DNA from: Flavobacteriales bacterium
Lineage (GTDB): Bacteria; Bacteroidota; Bacteroidia; Flavobacteriales_F; PHOS-HE28
Reading direction: 5' to 3'
Length of the DNA: 64,000 bases
Assembly (NCBI GenBank): GCA_017987115.1
Contig: JAGNUG010000004.1
Coordinates: 1,445-65,444 of the forward strand
Part shown: positions 9,831 to 19,676 of the stretch, piece by piece
How the letters are laid out: every line of letters begins with the position of its first letter
Numbering within the stretch: the first letter of the stretch is position 1
Made by a program: the position numbers and the translations under genes
Notes under the pieces: generated by a model
What the model was told of the DNA's origin: nothing
The model's input: the letters and a program-made list of their open reading frames with translations, nothing else
Database searches by the model: none

Positions 9831-10451
9831 TCACTTGTAGCTTCCAACTTCCACAACCCCCTCGCACATTTCAAATTCAACTTTTTGCCTGTTGCTTGCA
9901 ACCACTAACGTGCGTGCATCTGCATGATCACGCAATAGCTTACTGAACCACGCAACAGCTTCGGCATCCAGGTTACTTGTGGGTTCGTCCAGAAGCAATA
10001 AGGGGGTATCACTGAGGATCGCAAGTGCCAATTTCAAGCGCTGTTTCATTCCACTGCTGAAGTGGCTCACAGGTTTCTCCAGAGCATGTTCCAAGTAAGC
10101 AAGTTCAGCCAACGAGTCGGGGGTCATTCCTCGGCGTAACGGTTTGAAACGTGCGTGGAAGGCAATGGTCTGGCGTAAGCTCAGGTCTTCATACACTCCC
10201 AAATACGGCGCTGCAATGCTAACATGCTTGTACACCATTTCCTGCGGTACCGTTCTGCCATTGACAGCATGCACAACGGACCCCTTGGTGGGTATGATCG
10301 CACCGGCAATGACCTGTAAGAGGGTGCTTTTTCCGCTGCCGTTCGGGCCTAGGATCGCAGTGCGGCTGCCCGATTCAAGGGAAAGTTCAACCCCTCTGAA
10401 AACGATCTCGCGACCGTATTGTTTGGCGATATCGTGCAAGGTTACGCGCAT
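9831..10451 (-). CDS. Orphan ABC ATP-binding protein
   Basis: GPNGSGKST, FSSGMKQR, LLLDEPTSNLD; no adjacent permease. Confidence 0.9.
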   Translation of the reverse strand: MRVTLHDIAKQYGREIVFRGVELSLESGSRTAILGPNGSGKSTLLQVIAGAIIPTKGSVVHAVNGRTVPQEMVYKHVSIAAPYLGVYEDLSLRQTIAFHARFKPLRRGMTPDSLAELAYLEHALEKPVSHFSSGMKQRLKLALAILSDTPLLLLDEPTSNLDAEAVAWFSKLLRDHADARTLVVASNRQKVEFEMCEGVVEVGSYK

Positions 10452-10465
10452 TGGAATGCAACGCG

Positions 10466-11248
10466 CTACTCCGCCAACCCGCGCATGATCCCCTTCGGAC
10501 TGTTGCGGATGAAATCGAGGATAGTTCCACGTTCCGGGCTGCGTGGCATGGTCTGTTCCACGTTCTGTACGCCTCTGTCAACGTTCGTGTTGCGCACGAA
10601 GATCTCCCGGTATATGTCCTCGATCCTGATCACGGCATCATCCGTGAATCCGCGACGTCGCAGCCCCACAACGTTCACGCCCATATAGCTCAGTGGTTCA
10701 CGCGCTGCTTTTACGAATGGCGGTACGTTCTTTCTAACAAGACTTGCACCTGCTACAAAACTGTGTGCGCCAATGTGTATGAATTGTTGCACCGCGACAT
10801 TGCCTTCCAGAATTGCCCAATCGTCAATGGTCACATGTCCTGCAAGGTTCACACTGTTCGCAATTACAACATTGCTGCCGACCATACAGTCATGCGCCAA
10901 ATGCACATAAGCCATCAAAAGGCTATTCTCTCCCACGGTCGTGCGCTCTCGGTCCGCAGTGCCCCTGTTCACGGTAACACATTCACGTACCGTTGTTCCA
11001 TCGCCGATCTCTGCCGTGGTCTTTTCGCCACGGAATTTCAGATCCTGTGGTATGGCACTGATCACAGCACCAGGAAATATCCTACAGTTCTTACCGATAC
11101 GCGCACCATCCATAAGAATGGCGTTCGGGCCTATCCAAGTGCCATCACCAATGACCACATCGCCGTAGACCGCTGCAAAGGGCTCTATGGTCACATCCTT
11201 GCCTAGCTTGGCATCCGGGTGTACGTACGCTAATTTGGAAATGCTCAT
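10466..11248 (-). CDS. lpxA: UDP-N-acetylglucosamine O-acyltransferase
   Basis: Hexapeptide repeats, PQDLKF, NRGT, HLAHDC; directly follows lpxC-fabZ. Confidence 0.97.
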   Translation of the reverse strand: MSISKLAYVHPDAKLGKDVTIEPFAAVYGDVVIGDGTWIGPNAILMDGARIGKNCRIFPGAVISAIPQDLKFRGEKTTAEIGDGTTVRECVTVNRGTADRERTTVGENSLLMAYVHLAHDCMVGSNVVIANSVNLAGHVTIDDWAILEGNVAVQQFIHIGAHSFVAGASLVRKNVPPFVKAAREPLSYMGVNVVGLRRRGFTDDAVIRIEDIYREIFVRNTNVDRGVQNVEQTMPRSPERGTILDFIRNSPKGIMRGLAE

Positions 11249-12696
11249 TGAGCGGTAGCGGTTGCTTGCTTGGCCGTTGCCTTTGGATCTTCTTTATCCT
11301 TCACGATCTGGGCCATCATTTCTGCTTCAACTGCCAATACGCCAGCAACGAAGCCCTTGCCGCGCATGTGAACGATGCCACGCCGGATCGGGGTGATAAG
11401 CTCCAAGTGGAATACGATGGTATCGCCCGGGATCACTTTGCGCCTATACCGAATGCCATCGGTCTTCAGGAAGTAGGTGGTGTAGAATTCCGGATCAGTC
11501 ACTTTGCTCAACGCGAATATGCCGCCCACCTGTGCCATGGCCTCTAGTTGTAGAACGCCTGGCATTACCGGGTTTCCGGGGAAATGGCCCGTGAACTGTG
11601 GCTCGTTCATTGTCACGTTCTTCACACCCACGATGGTGGTCTCATCCATCTCCATCACCTTATCTACCAACAGGAAAGGGTAGCGGTGAGGCAGCATGCG
11701 CTGGATGTCGTTGATATCAAAGAGCGGCTTTGCGCCAAGGTCGATGTGCGATACCGGATTCTTGTCTTCTTCCCGCATCTTTTCCTTGATGCGTTTGGCA
11801 AAACTGGTGTTACCGAAATGGCCCGGACGACCAGCAAGAATATGTCCTTTGATCGGGCGGCCCACCAAGGCCAGGTCACCTACAATGTCCAATAGCTTAT
11901 GGCGCGCCGGTTCGTTGAAGAATTTCAGGTCCGTGGTATTCAATACACCATTGCGACGGATCTCCACCTCCTCGTACTCACGACCCAAGGTCTTGGCAAG
12001 CTCCATCAATTGTTCCTTGGTAGTGCCTTCACGATCTTCCAGAACGATGGCGTTATTCAGGTCACCACCTTTGATCAACCCTTGCTTGGCCAGGTGTTCC
12101 AACTCCCGTAGGAAAACGAATGTCCGACACGGGGCGATCTCATCCTTGAATTCATCCAAGCGATACATGCTGGCGTGCTGTGTTCCGAGCACAGGACTAT
12201 TGTAGTCCACCATCACCGTTAACCGGAATTCGCCACCAGGAGTTGGCACGCCCAGTATTTCAGTGCCTTTTTCCTCTGTCTCGAACCATAGCGGTTCTTT
12301 CAATACGAACCAATTACGCGGAGCGTCCTGTGCTTCCAACCCAACGGTCTCAATGGCGTTAACAAAAGGCAGGGCGCTACCATCCATGATCGGGATCTCG
12401 GGACCACTCACTTGGATCAGGCAATTGTCCACACCTAAGGCATAGAGTGCGGATAATACGTGTTCGGTGGTGTTCACTACCACATCGCCTTTGCCAAGGG
12501 TGGTGCCACGTGCTGTACTGATCACAAGATCCGCATCGGCATCAATGATCGGTTCGCCTTCCAGATCCGTACGCTGGAACTTGTAGCCATGTCCGATGGG
12601 CGCAGGACGAAGGTTCAAAGTGACCGCTTCGCCGGTGTGTAATCCTACGCCTTTAAGCGTGGCACTGCCTTTCAATGTATGCTGTTGGTCGCTCAT
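11245..12696 (-). CDS. lpxC-fabZ: Bifunctional LpxC deacetylase / FabZ dehydratase
   Basis: GVGLHTG, TEHVLSA, HKLLD (LpxC); LPHRYPFLLVD, GHFPGNPVMPGVLQLEAMAQ (FabZ). Confidence 0.97.
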   Translation of the reverse strand: MSDQQHTLKGSATLKGVGLHTGEAVTLNLRPAPIGHGYKFQRTDLEGEPIIDADADLVISTARGTTLGKGDVVVNTTEHVLSALYALGVDNCLIQVSGPEIPIMDGSALPFVNAIETVGLEAQDAPRNWFVLKEPLWFETEEKGTEILGVPTPGGEFRLTVMVDYNSPVLGTQHASMYRLDEFKDEIAPCRTFVFLRELEHLAKQGLIKGGDLNNAIVLEDREGTTKEQLMELAKTLGREYEEVEIRRNGVLNTTDLKFFNEPARHKLLDIVGDLALVGRPIKGHILAGRPGHFGNTSFAKRIKEKMREEDKNPVSHIDLGAKPLFDINDIQRMLPHRYPFLLVDKVMEMDETTIVGVKNVTMNEPQFTGHFPGNPVMPGVLQLEAMAQVGGIFALSKVTDPEFYTTYFLKTDGIRYRRKVIPGDTIVFHLELITPIRRGIVHMRGKGFVAGVLAVEAEMMAQIVKDKEDPKATAKQATATAQ

Positions 12697-12809
12697 AGGT
12701 TGCATTGCGCGCTTGCACAAGATCATGCAAGGGCTCCGCGAAGGTAGGATCCTGCGCCATATCTGGGATCGTTCGACCGAAATGGTGCAATTCCAACGGG
12801 TAACCGTTG

Positions 12810-13856
12810 CTATTCCGCCGCCTTGCGTAACGCTTTCAGTTCCTTTTCCAGAAGCTCTAAACGCTTTTTGAGGTCCGGTAAATTGCGGTATACCACGTAA
12901 CTGCGTTTATACTCCCCAATGCTGAACGCCGGAGAACCCTGGACCACTGAATCATCCGCAATGTCGGATCCTATACCACTCTGTGCAGCGATCTTTACCC
13001 GGTTACCAATGTTGAGGTGACCGGATATCCCTACCTGCCCTCCGATCATACAATGTGTACCGATCTTCGTGCTTCCAGCGATACCGGTCTGTGCCACCAC
13101 CAAGGTGTGTGCTCCAATATCCGCGTTGTGCCCAATTTGGATGAGGTTATCCAGTTTTACGCCTTGCCGGATGAATGTTGACCCGAGCGTTGCTTTGTCG
13201 ATGGTGCAATTGGCACCGATCTCCACATCATCTTCGATGATGACATTGCCTATCTGTGCCATTTTCTCCTGCGTGCCTGCTTCTGTTGCGGTAAAACCAT
13301 ATCCATCCGCACCGATCACGGTTCCGCTGTGGATAATGCAATTCGCCCCGATCTCGCTCTTGGCATACACTTTCACACCTGCATAGAGCCGCGAACCGGG
13401 CCCGATCTTCACGCCATCACCAATGAAACAATTCGGGTAGATCTTCACATCATCGCCAATGACCGCGTTCTCAGCAATGTACGTGAAGGCACCAACGTAA
13501 ACCGCATCACCTAATTTGGCTTTCGGACTGATGTAACTGGGTTGCTCATATCCGACTTTGTTGTGGAGCTGTAGGTCGTGCATCTCCAACAACTTCGCGA
13601 AAGCGGCGCGAGGGTCCTTCACGCGGATGAGCGTAAGGCTTTTGGCCAAGGGTTTGCTCGGCTGAAAACTGTCCACCACAATGGCTATGCTAGCAGCTGT
13701 TGAGTACAGATACTCGGTGTACTTGGGATTGGAAAGAAATGTAAGCGTGCCGGTCCTGCCTTCTTCGATCTTGGCCACATCGTAGACCAGGATCTGCGCA
13801 TCGCCATCTACTTTTCCTTGAAGAAAATCAGCGATCTGTCCGGCGGAGAATTGCAT
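12810..13856 (-). CDS. lpxD: UDP-3-O-acylglucosamine N-acyltransferase
   Basis: [30 protein letters not shown]; first gene of the lipid A operon. Confidence 0.97.
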   Translation of the reverse strand: MQFSAGQIADFLQGKVDGDAQILVYDVAKIEEGRTGTLTFLSNPKYTEYLYSTAASIAIVVDSFQPSKPLAKSLTLIRVKDPRAAFAKLLEMHDLQLHNKVGYEQPSYISPKAKLGDAVYVGAFTYIAENAVIGDDVKIYPNCFIGDGVKIGPGSRLYAGVKVYAKSEIGANCIIHSGTVIGADGYGFTATEAGTQEKMAQIGNVIIEDDVEIGANCTIDKATLGSTFIRQGVKLDNLIQIGHNADIGAHTLVVAQTGIAGSTKIGTHCMIGGQVGISGHLNIGNRVKIAAQSGIGSDIADDSVVQGSPAFSIGEYKRSYVVYRNLPDLKKRLELLEKELKALRKAAE

Positions 13857-13935
13857 GGATGGGTTACTTGCGTGCGAAGATAGGACGTTGATACTGTAGC
13901 ATTTGTTGTTCCATGGACAGAAGTCCTGACGCTAA

Positions 13936-14484
13936 TTATTGATCCAACGGTACTTCAACATGTGTCAGATCCCATTCCATGACCAATGTTGCTGGCGATG
14001 CAGCGATACCTATCGTGAACAATTCAGCAGGCGTGGTCAGTGTTTTGGGGATAACCTTTGCTACTGCTACATCCTCCATTGGGTCGCGCATGGCATTACC
14101 GTCGAAATCAATTCCCCAACCGTACATTTTCTTATTGAGGTAAACACTCCACTGGTCTGCACCCGGTGTAGACCACAACGTGTAGGTGCCAGCGGGAACC
14201 GCTGTTCCACCAAAGGTGATGGGTTCACTGAAACTGATCGTGGTCGCCTCGTTCGCACCGGTCCGCCATACTTTGCCATATGGGACCAAGGAGCCAAAGA
14301 TCACACGGCCTTTCTTGCTAGGCCGGCAGTAGTGTACAACTGCGGTCAGGTCACCGACGGTGTAGGTCTGCTCCACTTCCGGACTCGCCTGCTTGGTCTG
14401 CGACTTCATGAATTTCGTTGCCACATACGCTCCAACTCCGAGCACAGCTACAATGATCAATATCCGTTTAATTGTTTTCGACAT
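13936..14484 (-). CDS. DUF2911 family protein
   Basis: YCRPSKKGRVIFG-LVPYGKVWRTGANEAT signature. Confidence 0.85.
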   Translation of the reverse strand: MSKTIKRILIIVAVLGVGAYVATKFMKSQTKQASPEVEQTYTVGDLTAVVHYCRPSKKGRVIFGSLVPYGKVWRTGANEATTISFSEPITFGGTAVPAGTYTLWSTPGADQWSVYLNKKMYGWGIDFDGNAMRDPMEDVAVAKVIPKTLTTPAELFTIGIAASPATLVMEWDLTHVEVPLDQ

Positions 14485-14490
14485 GTTGGT

Positions 14491-14898
14491 TCAATGATTC
14501 TCTTCGATCTCAATTTCTTTTTCTACTGATTCCTTTCCGACCATATCAACGTGCACGCTGAGATTGTCTACCGACCGCACTACGCGCACCTTACCACCGT
14601 CAATGGCCATCGCGGTATCACCGACGAAATCCACCTTCTCCAGATCGCTTACGAAACGCTCAGCTTTAGCATCGCCTGAATGCTCAATGTGATCCTCGTT
14701 GTTCAGAGAATGAACATCGCGCCCACGCATACAGCAGTATTGTCCAAGTTCTTCGCCATGGCCATAACTTGATGCCGTTGCGCACATGCTATGTCCATTG
14801 CACTTATTATTCCCACTAAAGCCGACTTTACACACAAGAAAGCCCAATGCGGATCCGATCAAACTGAAGAGAAGGATCTTGGCCCAGTTGGTATTCAT
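14491..14898 (-). CDS. Membrane-anchored hypothetical protein with a Cys/His-rich segment
   Basis: Single N-terminal hydrophobic helix; stop lies 6 nt before the DUF2911 start. Confidence 0.55.
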   Translation of the reverse strand: MNTNWAKILLFSLIGSALGFLVCKVGFSGNNKCNGHSMCATASSYGHGEELGQYCCMRGRDVHSLNNEDHIEHSGDAKAERFVSDLEKVDFVGDTAMAIDGGKVRVVRSVDNLSVHVDMVGKESVEKEIEIEENH

Positions 14899-15005
14899 GG
14901 TGCCGAAGTTAATGGCATGAACCATACATCAGAGACCAACGCTGTACACACTTATCCATGCATGAACATGAATTCCGGGATCTACCATGAGATCCCGCGA
15001 GTGCC

Positions 15006-15929
15006 CTAGTCCTTCATGGCGAGCATTCCTTTTGTTCGCCTTGCTCTTTCCAAAGCCGGAAAGTCGCTGCGCCAGCCCATTTGGAGATTATAGAGCTTGA
15101 AGTACAGCACATCTCCAAGGATCATTCGTGCGATAGTTCCAATACCAAAGGATCCATTCTTATTGCGCCATTGGCCTTCTGCCAGGTGAACGCTGAAATT
15201 CTTGCTTGAACGGAAGGACGGTAGAATGAAATACTCCTTCGGCAGAACGCGGATATCACCACCAATGATCTGCTCTTTATTGTTCAACCGGAACTTAGGA
15301 TAGGTATCGATGAAGTGTTTCGTTACAAGAACATTATTGACCTCTGGTACCTCAAGTCCGTCATATTGCGCTAACAACGCATGGATCAATGGATGACCTG
15401 CAACGCTGCCCATTATTGCGGTGGATAGGAAATGGTCATATTCGAACGACCATAAGGTCCGCCGATCGAAGAAGGGTGCAAGGCTCTTCTTCATCCGCAT
15501 ATCAGTATCCAAGTACAGACCGCCGTGGTCCCTGAGTACCAATAGTCGTGCAACATCGCTGGCATATGCGTACTGCTTGGCCTCCAGCATCCGTTTCATG
15601 AAAGGGTGGGAGTCAATGTCCAAGTTGCTCTCGTTCCACTCAATGATCGCATGGTCCGGCATTAGCTTGTGCCATTCTGCGATGCGCTTTTTCATCGCAT
15701 TGGAATGCGGCTCACCACCGAACCATACGTAATGGATAAGTGGCGGAATTCCTTTATAGGTACTTCTTGTGCGACGCTCAGCTCTTTGCCTAGCGACACT
15801 ATCCGGGAAAATAGGCGTCTCTTCAGTTAGGAGATCCTCCGGTGTCTTGTTCAATGAACGTGTAGGACCCCCCGCATCCATTTCTTCATCTCGAAGATAG
15901 TGCGGTACATTGTTCTTGGTCTTATCCAT
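15006..15929 (-). CDS. GT32 (OCH1/capsular polysaccharide synthesis-like, DxD) glycosyltransferase
   Basis: IPPLIHYVWFGG, WNE, YAYASDVARL...GGLYLDTD. Confidence 0.85.
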   Translation of the reverse strand: MDKTKNNVPHYLRDEEMDAGGPTRSLNKTPEDLLTEETPIFPDSVARQRAERRTRSTYKGIPPLIHYVWFGGEPHSNAMKKRIAEWHKLMPDHAIIEWNESNLDIDSHPFMKRMLEAKQYAYASDVARLLVLRDHGGLYLDTDMRMKKSLAPFFDRRTLWSFEYDHFLSTAIMGSVAGHPLIHALLAQYDGLEVPEVNNVLVTKHFIDTYPKFRLNNKEQIIGGDIRVLPKEYFILPSFRSSKNFSVHLAEGQWRNKNGSFGIGTIARMILGDVLYFKLYNLQMGWRSDFPALERARRTKGMLAMKD

Positions 15930-16042
15930 TGCTCATAAGGAACTGTAAAGGTCCTGACCTTGAAAAGATCTGCCCTCTGATAATTTGTCTACTTATCAAC
16001 AAAATAGCCTAGTTGTCAACAATCGAGGAGCTGGTTACACCT

Positions 16043-17266
16043 TTACGCTTCCTCGTTCAACCAACGCGGCCAAGCCAAATAGAATTTCTCTACCGGTTTC
16101 GCCATAGCAGCTATGCCGAGGTTGTCGCTCGCTTCGGCGATGTCCTGCAAGGTGCCGTCCTTGTACAAAAGCTCAATGCGGTCCTTGCTTGGGTCATATG
16201 CATTGTTGATGATACTGCCATGGAGAACGAAACGGTCCGCTTCTGGTAGCGGTGTGTGCAGCGCCTTTGAAACACTTCGCTTCAGAGCGTTGATACGCTC
16301 GGCCGGCCATGGCTTATCCTGCAACTTGATGCGAAGATTATGCCGTTGCACTAGGTCCTTGGAGAGGCGGGAAAGCGTGGTGTCCGTATGATCGCACCAG
16401 ACCTTTATCGCTCCCATGATGTCATGATCGTCCAGTTTCAGGAAATCATTCAACACTTCCGGTTTTTGGAACGACGCACGATCGTGTTTGTTGGCAAGGA
16501 ATTGTTGCAGGGCCGGTGATGCAAAAAGCTTGACACCACGCAGCGCCATTTCCTTGGCATGCCGTAGCGTTTCCACAAGCATCATCTCACACGCGACTAC
16601 CGCTTTGTGCAAATAGACCTGCCAATACATCAATCGCCTGGCAACGATGAATTTCTCTATGCTGTAAACGGCTTTTTGCTCGACTACGAGTTTATCGTCC
16701 TTTATTTGGAGCATCTTCAGAATGCGTTCGCCACCGATCACACCTTCACTAACGCCAGTGTAAAAACTGTCCCTGTTCAGGTAATCGATCCGGTCCACAT
16801 CAAGCTGGCTGCTCACTAATTGATGCAATGCATGCTTGGGATACTGATCCCTGAATATCCGGATCCCTAGTTCCAGTCCTCCACCGAATTCATCGTTCAG
16901 TCGATCCATGACCAAGGCGCTGATGTCCTCATGTCCTATACCATCGACGAGGCTATGTTCCAATGCATGGCTGAATGGCCCGTGTCCAATATCATGAAGG
17001 AGGATTGCGATGGTGGCTCCCAGTTCTTCTCCCTCCGTGATCTCATGTCCTTTGCTGCGGAGCGTATGGATCGCTTCACCCATGAGATGCATTGCGCCCA
17101 ACGCATGGTGAAAGCGCGTATGTAAAGCTCCAGGATAGACGAGATGCCCCAACCCCAATTGCTTGATATAACGCAGCCGCTGGAACCAAGGATGATCGAT
17201 CAGCCGCAGCACTTCCGCGTGCGGGACAGTGATGAATCCGTAGATGGGGTCGTTCAGGATCTTCAT
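16043..17266 (-). CDS. HD-domain phosphohydrolase (dNTP triphosphohydrolase-like)
   Basis: FQRLRYIKQLG, RFHHALG, LLHDIGHGPFSH, LDVDRIDYL-RD. Confidence 0.92.
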   Translation of the reverse strand: MKILNDPIYGFITVPHAEVLRLIDHPWFQRLRYIKQLGLGHLVYPGALHTRFHHALGAMHLMGEAIHTLRSKGHEITEGEELGATIAILLHDIGHGPFSHALEHSLVDGIGHEDISALVMDRLNDEFGGGLELGIRIFRDQYPKHALHQLVSSQLDVDRIDYLNRDSFYTGVSEGVIGGERILKMLQIKDDKLVVEQKAVYSIEKFIVARRLMYWQVYLHKAVVACEMMLVETLRHAKEMALRGVKLFASPALQQFLANKHDRASFQKPEVLNDFLKLDDHDIMGAIKVWCDHTDTTLSRLSKDLVQRHNLRIKLQDKPWPAERINALKRSVSKALHTPLPEADRFVLHGSIINNAYDPSKDRIELLYKDGTLQDIAEASDNLGIAAMAKPVEKFYLAWPRWLNEEA

Positions 17267-17486
17267 GCAAGCCGGTGCCAAGGTCGTGAATTCGCTGTTA
17301 AGACCAGTGCATTCATCCCGTAGGAGTTGGCAGTCTTCCTTACTAACAAACATTAACGCCAAGAACCCTCGTACTTTGTACCCACAGTAGATGAGCTAGC
17401 AACACGATCGCATTTTTTGCGTTCGGTTTGTTATGACCACACGTACCATGGAAACGTCCCGGCCTACAGGGGCAACCAATTTGACT

Positions 17487-19040
17487 ATGACCGCTAACAT
17501 TCTTTGGGCTGATGATGAGATCGATCTATTGCGCCCGCACGTTCTCTTTCTTCAACAAAAAGGCTATGCGGTGGATACCGTGAACAGTGGATTGGATGCT
17601 ATAGATAAAGCGAAGGTCAAAGAGTATGATATCATCTTTTTGGATGAGAACATGCCCGGCCTTAGTGGTCTGGAAACGCTTGGTCGGATAAAAACGATCC
17701 ACCCACACGTGCCGATCGTGATGATCACCAAGAGCGAGGAGGAGCACATCATGGAGGAGGCTATCGGTGGGAAGATCAGCGATTACCTGATCAAACCCGT
17801 TAACCCGAACCAGATCCTGCTTTCATTGAAAAAGAATTTGGAAGGACGCAGGCTTGTGAGCGAGAAGACCAGTAGTAGCTACCAGCAACAATTCCGACAG
17901 TTGAGCATGCGCCTCGGTGATCGGTTAGGTACTGAGGAGTGGAAGACACTCTATGATGAATTGGTGCGCTGGGAACTGGAATTGAGCGGGAATCAGGATC
18001 AAGGTATGACCGACATTCTGCGTTCCCAATGGGCCGAGGCGAACGAGCAGTTCAGCCGGTTCGTGATCGATCATTATGTGGATTGGGTGAATGGTAAAGG
18101 CGATGATGTTCCGTTGCAATCGCACCAATTGCTTAAGGCCAAAGTAGCGCCGCATATTGACGAAAAGGGTAGCCCGTTGTTCATGGTGCTGATCGATAAC
18201 CTTCGGCTGGACCAATGGCGTGTGCTGGAACCGATCCTGGGCCAGTTCTACCGCATCGAGGATCAAGGAATGTTCTATAGCATTCTGCCGACCGCAACGC
18301 AATATGCGCGTAACGCTTTGTTCGCTGGTATGATGCCGAGCGATATCGAGAAACGCCATCCCGGAAAATGGATCAGTGAGGATCAGGAAGGCAGTAAGAA
18401 CGCACATGAGGATGAATTCGTTGGTGCGCATTTGCAACGCTTGGGCAAGAAAGTGAAATACAGTTATCACAAGATCCTGAATTTGAATGCCGGTCGAAAG
18501 CTCGCGGAAAGTCTGGATAATTTGATGGAGAACCCATTCAATGTGATCGTTTACAACTTCGTGGATATGCTCAGTCATGCCCGTACGGAGATGGAGGTGA
18601 TCCGTGAGCTGGCAGAGGACGACGCAGCGTACCGCAGCCTTACCAAAAGTTGGTTTGAGCACTCGCCCCTCTTCGATATTCTAAAAGGAATTGCAGAACG
18701 CGGAGGACGTGTGATCATTACCACGGATCACGGAACAATTCGCGTGAATGAACCGAGCAAAGTAGTGGGCGATCGCAACACCAATAGCAACTTGCGTTAC
18801 AAGCATGGTCGCAACCTGACCTTTGAAAAGCGTGACGTCTTGGAGATAAAGGATCCATCCACAGTGTTCCTTCCGAAAGCGAACATGAGCACAAGCTACA
18901 TTTTTGCAAAGAGCGATCGGTTCTTCGTGTACCCGAACAATTACAATCACTTCGTGACCTACTTCAGGCATACGTTCCAACATGGAGGGATCTCATTGGA
19001 AGAGATGCTGATCCCGTGGGCCGTCCTGAAACCGAGGTAG
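17487..19040 (+). CDS. porX: T9SS response regulator PorX (receiver + PglZ domain)
   Basis: ILWADDE/LDENMPG receiver; C-terminal PglZ alkaline-phosphatase-like domain (ILPTATQYARN, NFVDMLSH, TTDHG, FQHGGIS); lies divergent from the HD gene and upstream of tsaE. Confidence 0.9.
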   Translation: MTANILWADDEIDLLRPHVLFLQQKGYAVDTVNSGLDAIDKAKVKEYDIIFLDENMPGLSGLETLGRIKTIHPHVPIVMITKSEEEHIMEEAIGGKISDYLIKPVNPNQILLSLKKNLEGRRLVSEKTSSSYQQQFRQLSMRLGDRLGTEEWKTLYDELVRWELELSGNQDQGMTDILRSQWAEANEQFSRFVIDHYVDWVNGKGDDVPLQSHQLLKAKVAPHIDEKGSPLFMVLIDNLRLDQWRVLEPILGQFYRIEDQGMFYSILPTATQYARNALFAGMMPSDIEKRHPGKWISEDQEGSKNAHEDEFVGAHLQRLGKKVKYSYHKILNLNAGRKLAESLDNLMENPFNVIVYNFVDMLSHARTEMEVIRELAEDDAAYRSLTKSWFEHSPLFDILKGIAERGGRVIITTDHGTIRVNEPSKVVGDRNTNSNLRYKHGRNLTFEKRDVLEIKDPSTVFLPKANMSTSYIFAKSDRFFVYPNNYNHFVTYFRHTFQHGGISLEEMLIPWAVLKPR

Positions 19041-19119
19041 TGGAGTAAAGTCGGAACAACAGGCTTGACCACTTGACGGCCGTGTTCCTCATCTTTGCGC
19101 CATATCAACCCGACCATCC

Positions 19120-19548
19120 GTGATCGCTACTTTACTTCTGCGTAAGCCCAATGATGTACCGGACATCGCTCGGTTGATCCTGGACAGCTATCAGGAGCAT
19201 CGTGTGTTCGCACTGAAAGGTGATCTGGGTGCCGGAAAGACCACGTTGATCAAAGGCCTATGCGAAGCACTTGGGGTCAATGAGGGCACCAGCAGTCCTA
19301 GTTTTTCGATCGTGAATGAATACCGGACGGAAAAAGGCGATCGCGTGTATCATTTCGACCTTTATCGGCTTCGGGCGGCTGAAGAACTGGAGGGCATCGG
19401 ATTCGTGGAATACGTGGATAGCGGTGCATATTGTTTTATTGAGTGGCCGGAACTTGCATTGGACCTCTTGCCGAGCGATGCCGTTGTGATCGGGATCAGC
19501 GCTTCTGCCAACGGTACGCGCACCTTACGGATTGCACCAATAGAGTGA
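19120..19548 (+). CDS. tsaE: t6A biosynthesis ATPase TsaE
   Basis: GDLGAGKTT, SSPSFSIVNEY, YHFDLYRL, FIEWPE; GTG start. Confidence 0.95.
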   Translation: MIATLLLRKPNDVPDIARLILDSYQEHRVFALKGDLGAGKTTLIKGLCEALGVNEGTSSPSFSIVNEYRTEKGDRVYHFDLYRLRAAEELEGIGFVEYVDSGAYCFIEWPELALDLLPSDAVVIGISASANGTRTLRIAPIE

Positions 19549-19676
19549 AGCATCGGACTCCAATTAACATGTGCTTGTATCCCCGTTCACAACCCTTCTC
19601 GGTATCCGTTGTGCCATAGTGCTTGTATGGGTTATCTTGCAGCGCTTTACAGATCTCCTCGCAGCGGCCGAACCGA

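Noticed and set aside
11245-12696. LpxC-FabZ fusion as a novelty
   Set aside because: Well known and standard in Bacteroidota.
7166-13856. Two lpxD-like genes
   Set aside because: A second LpxD-like acyltransferase next to efp is common in Flavobacteriia; both copies keep the catalytic His region.
17487-19040. porX without porY, and the receiver-PglZ fusion
   Set aside because: Known architecture; porY is normally unlinked.
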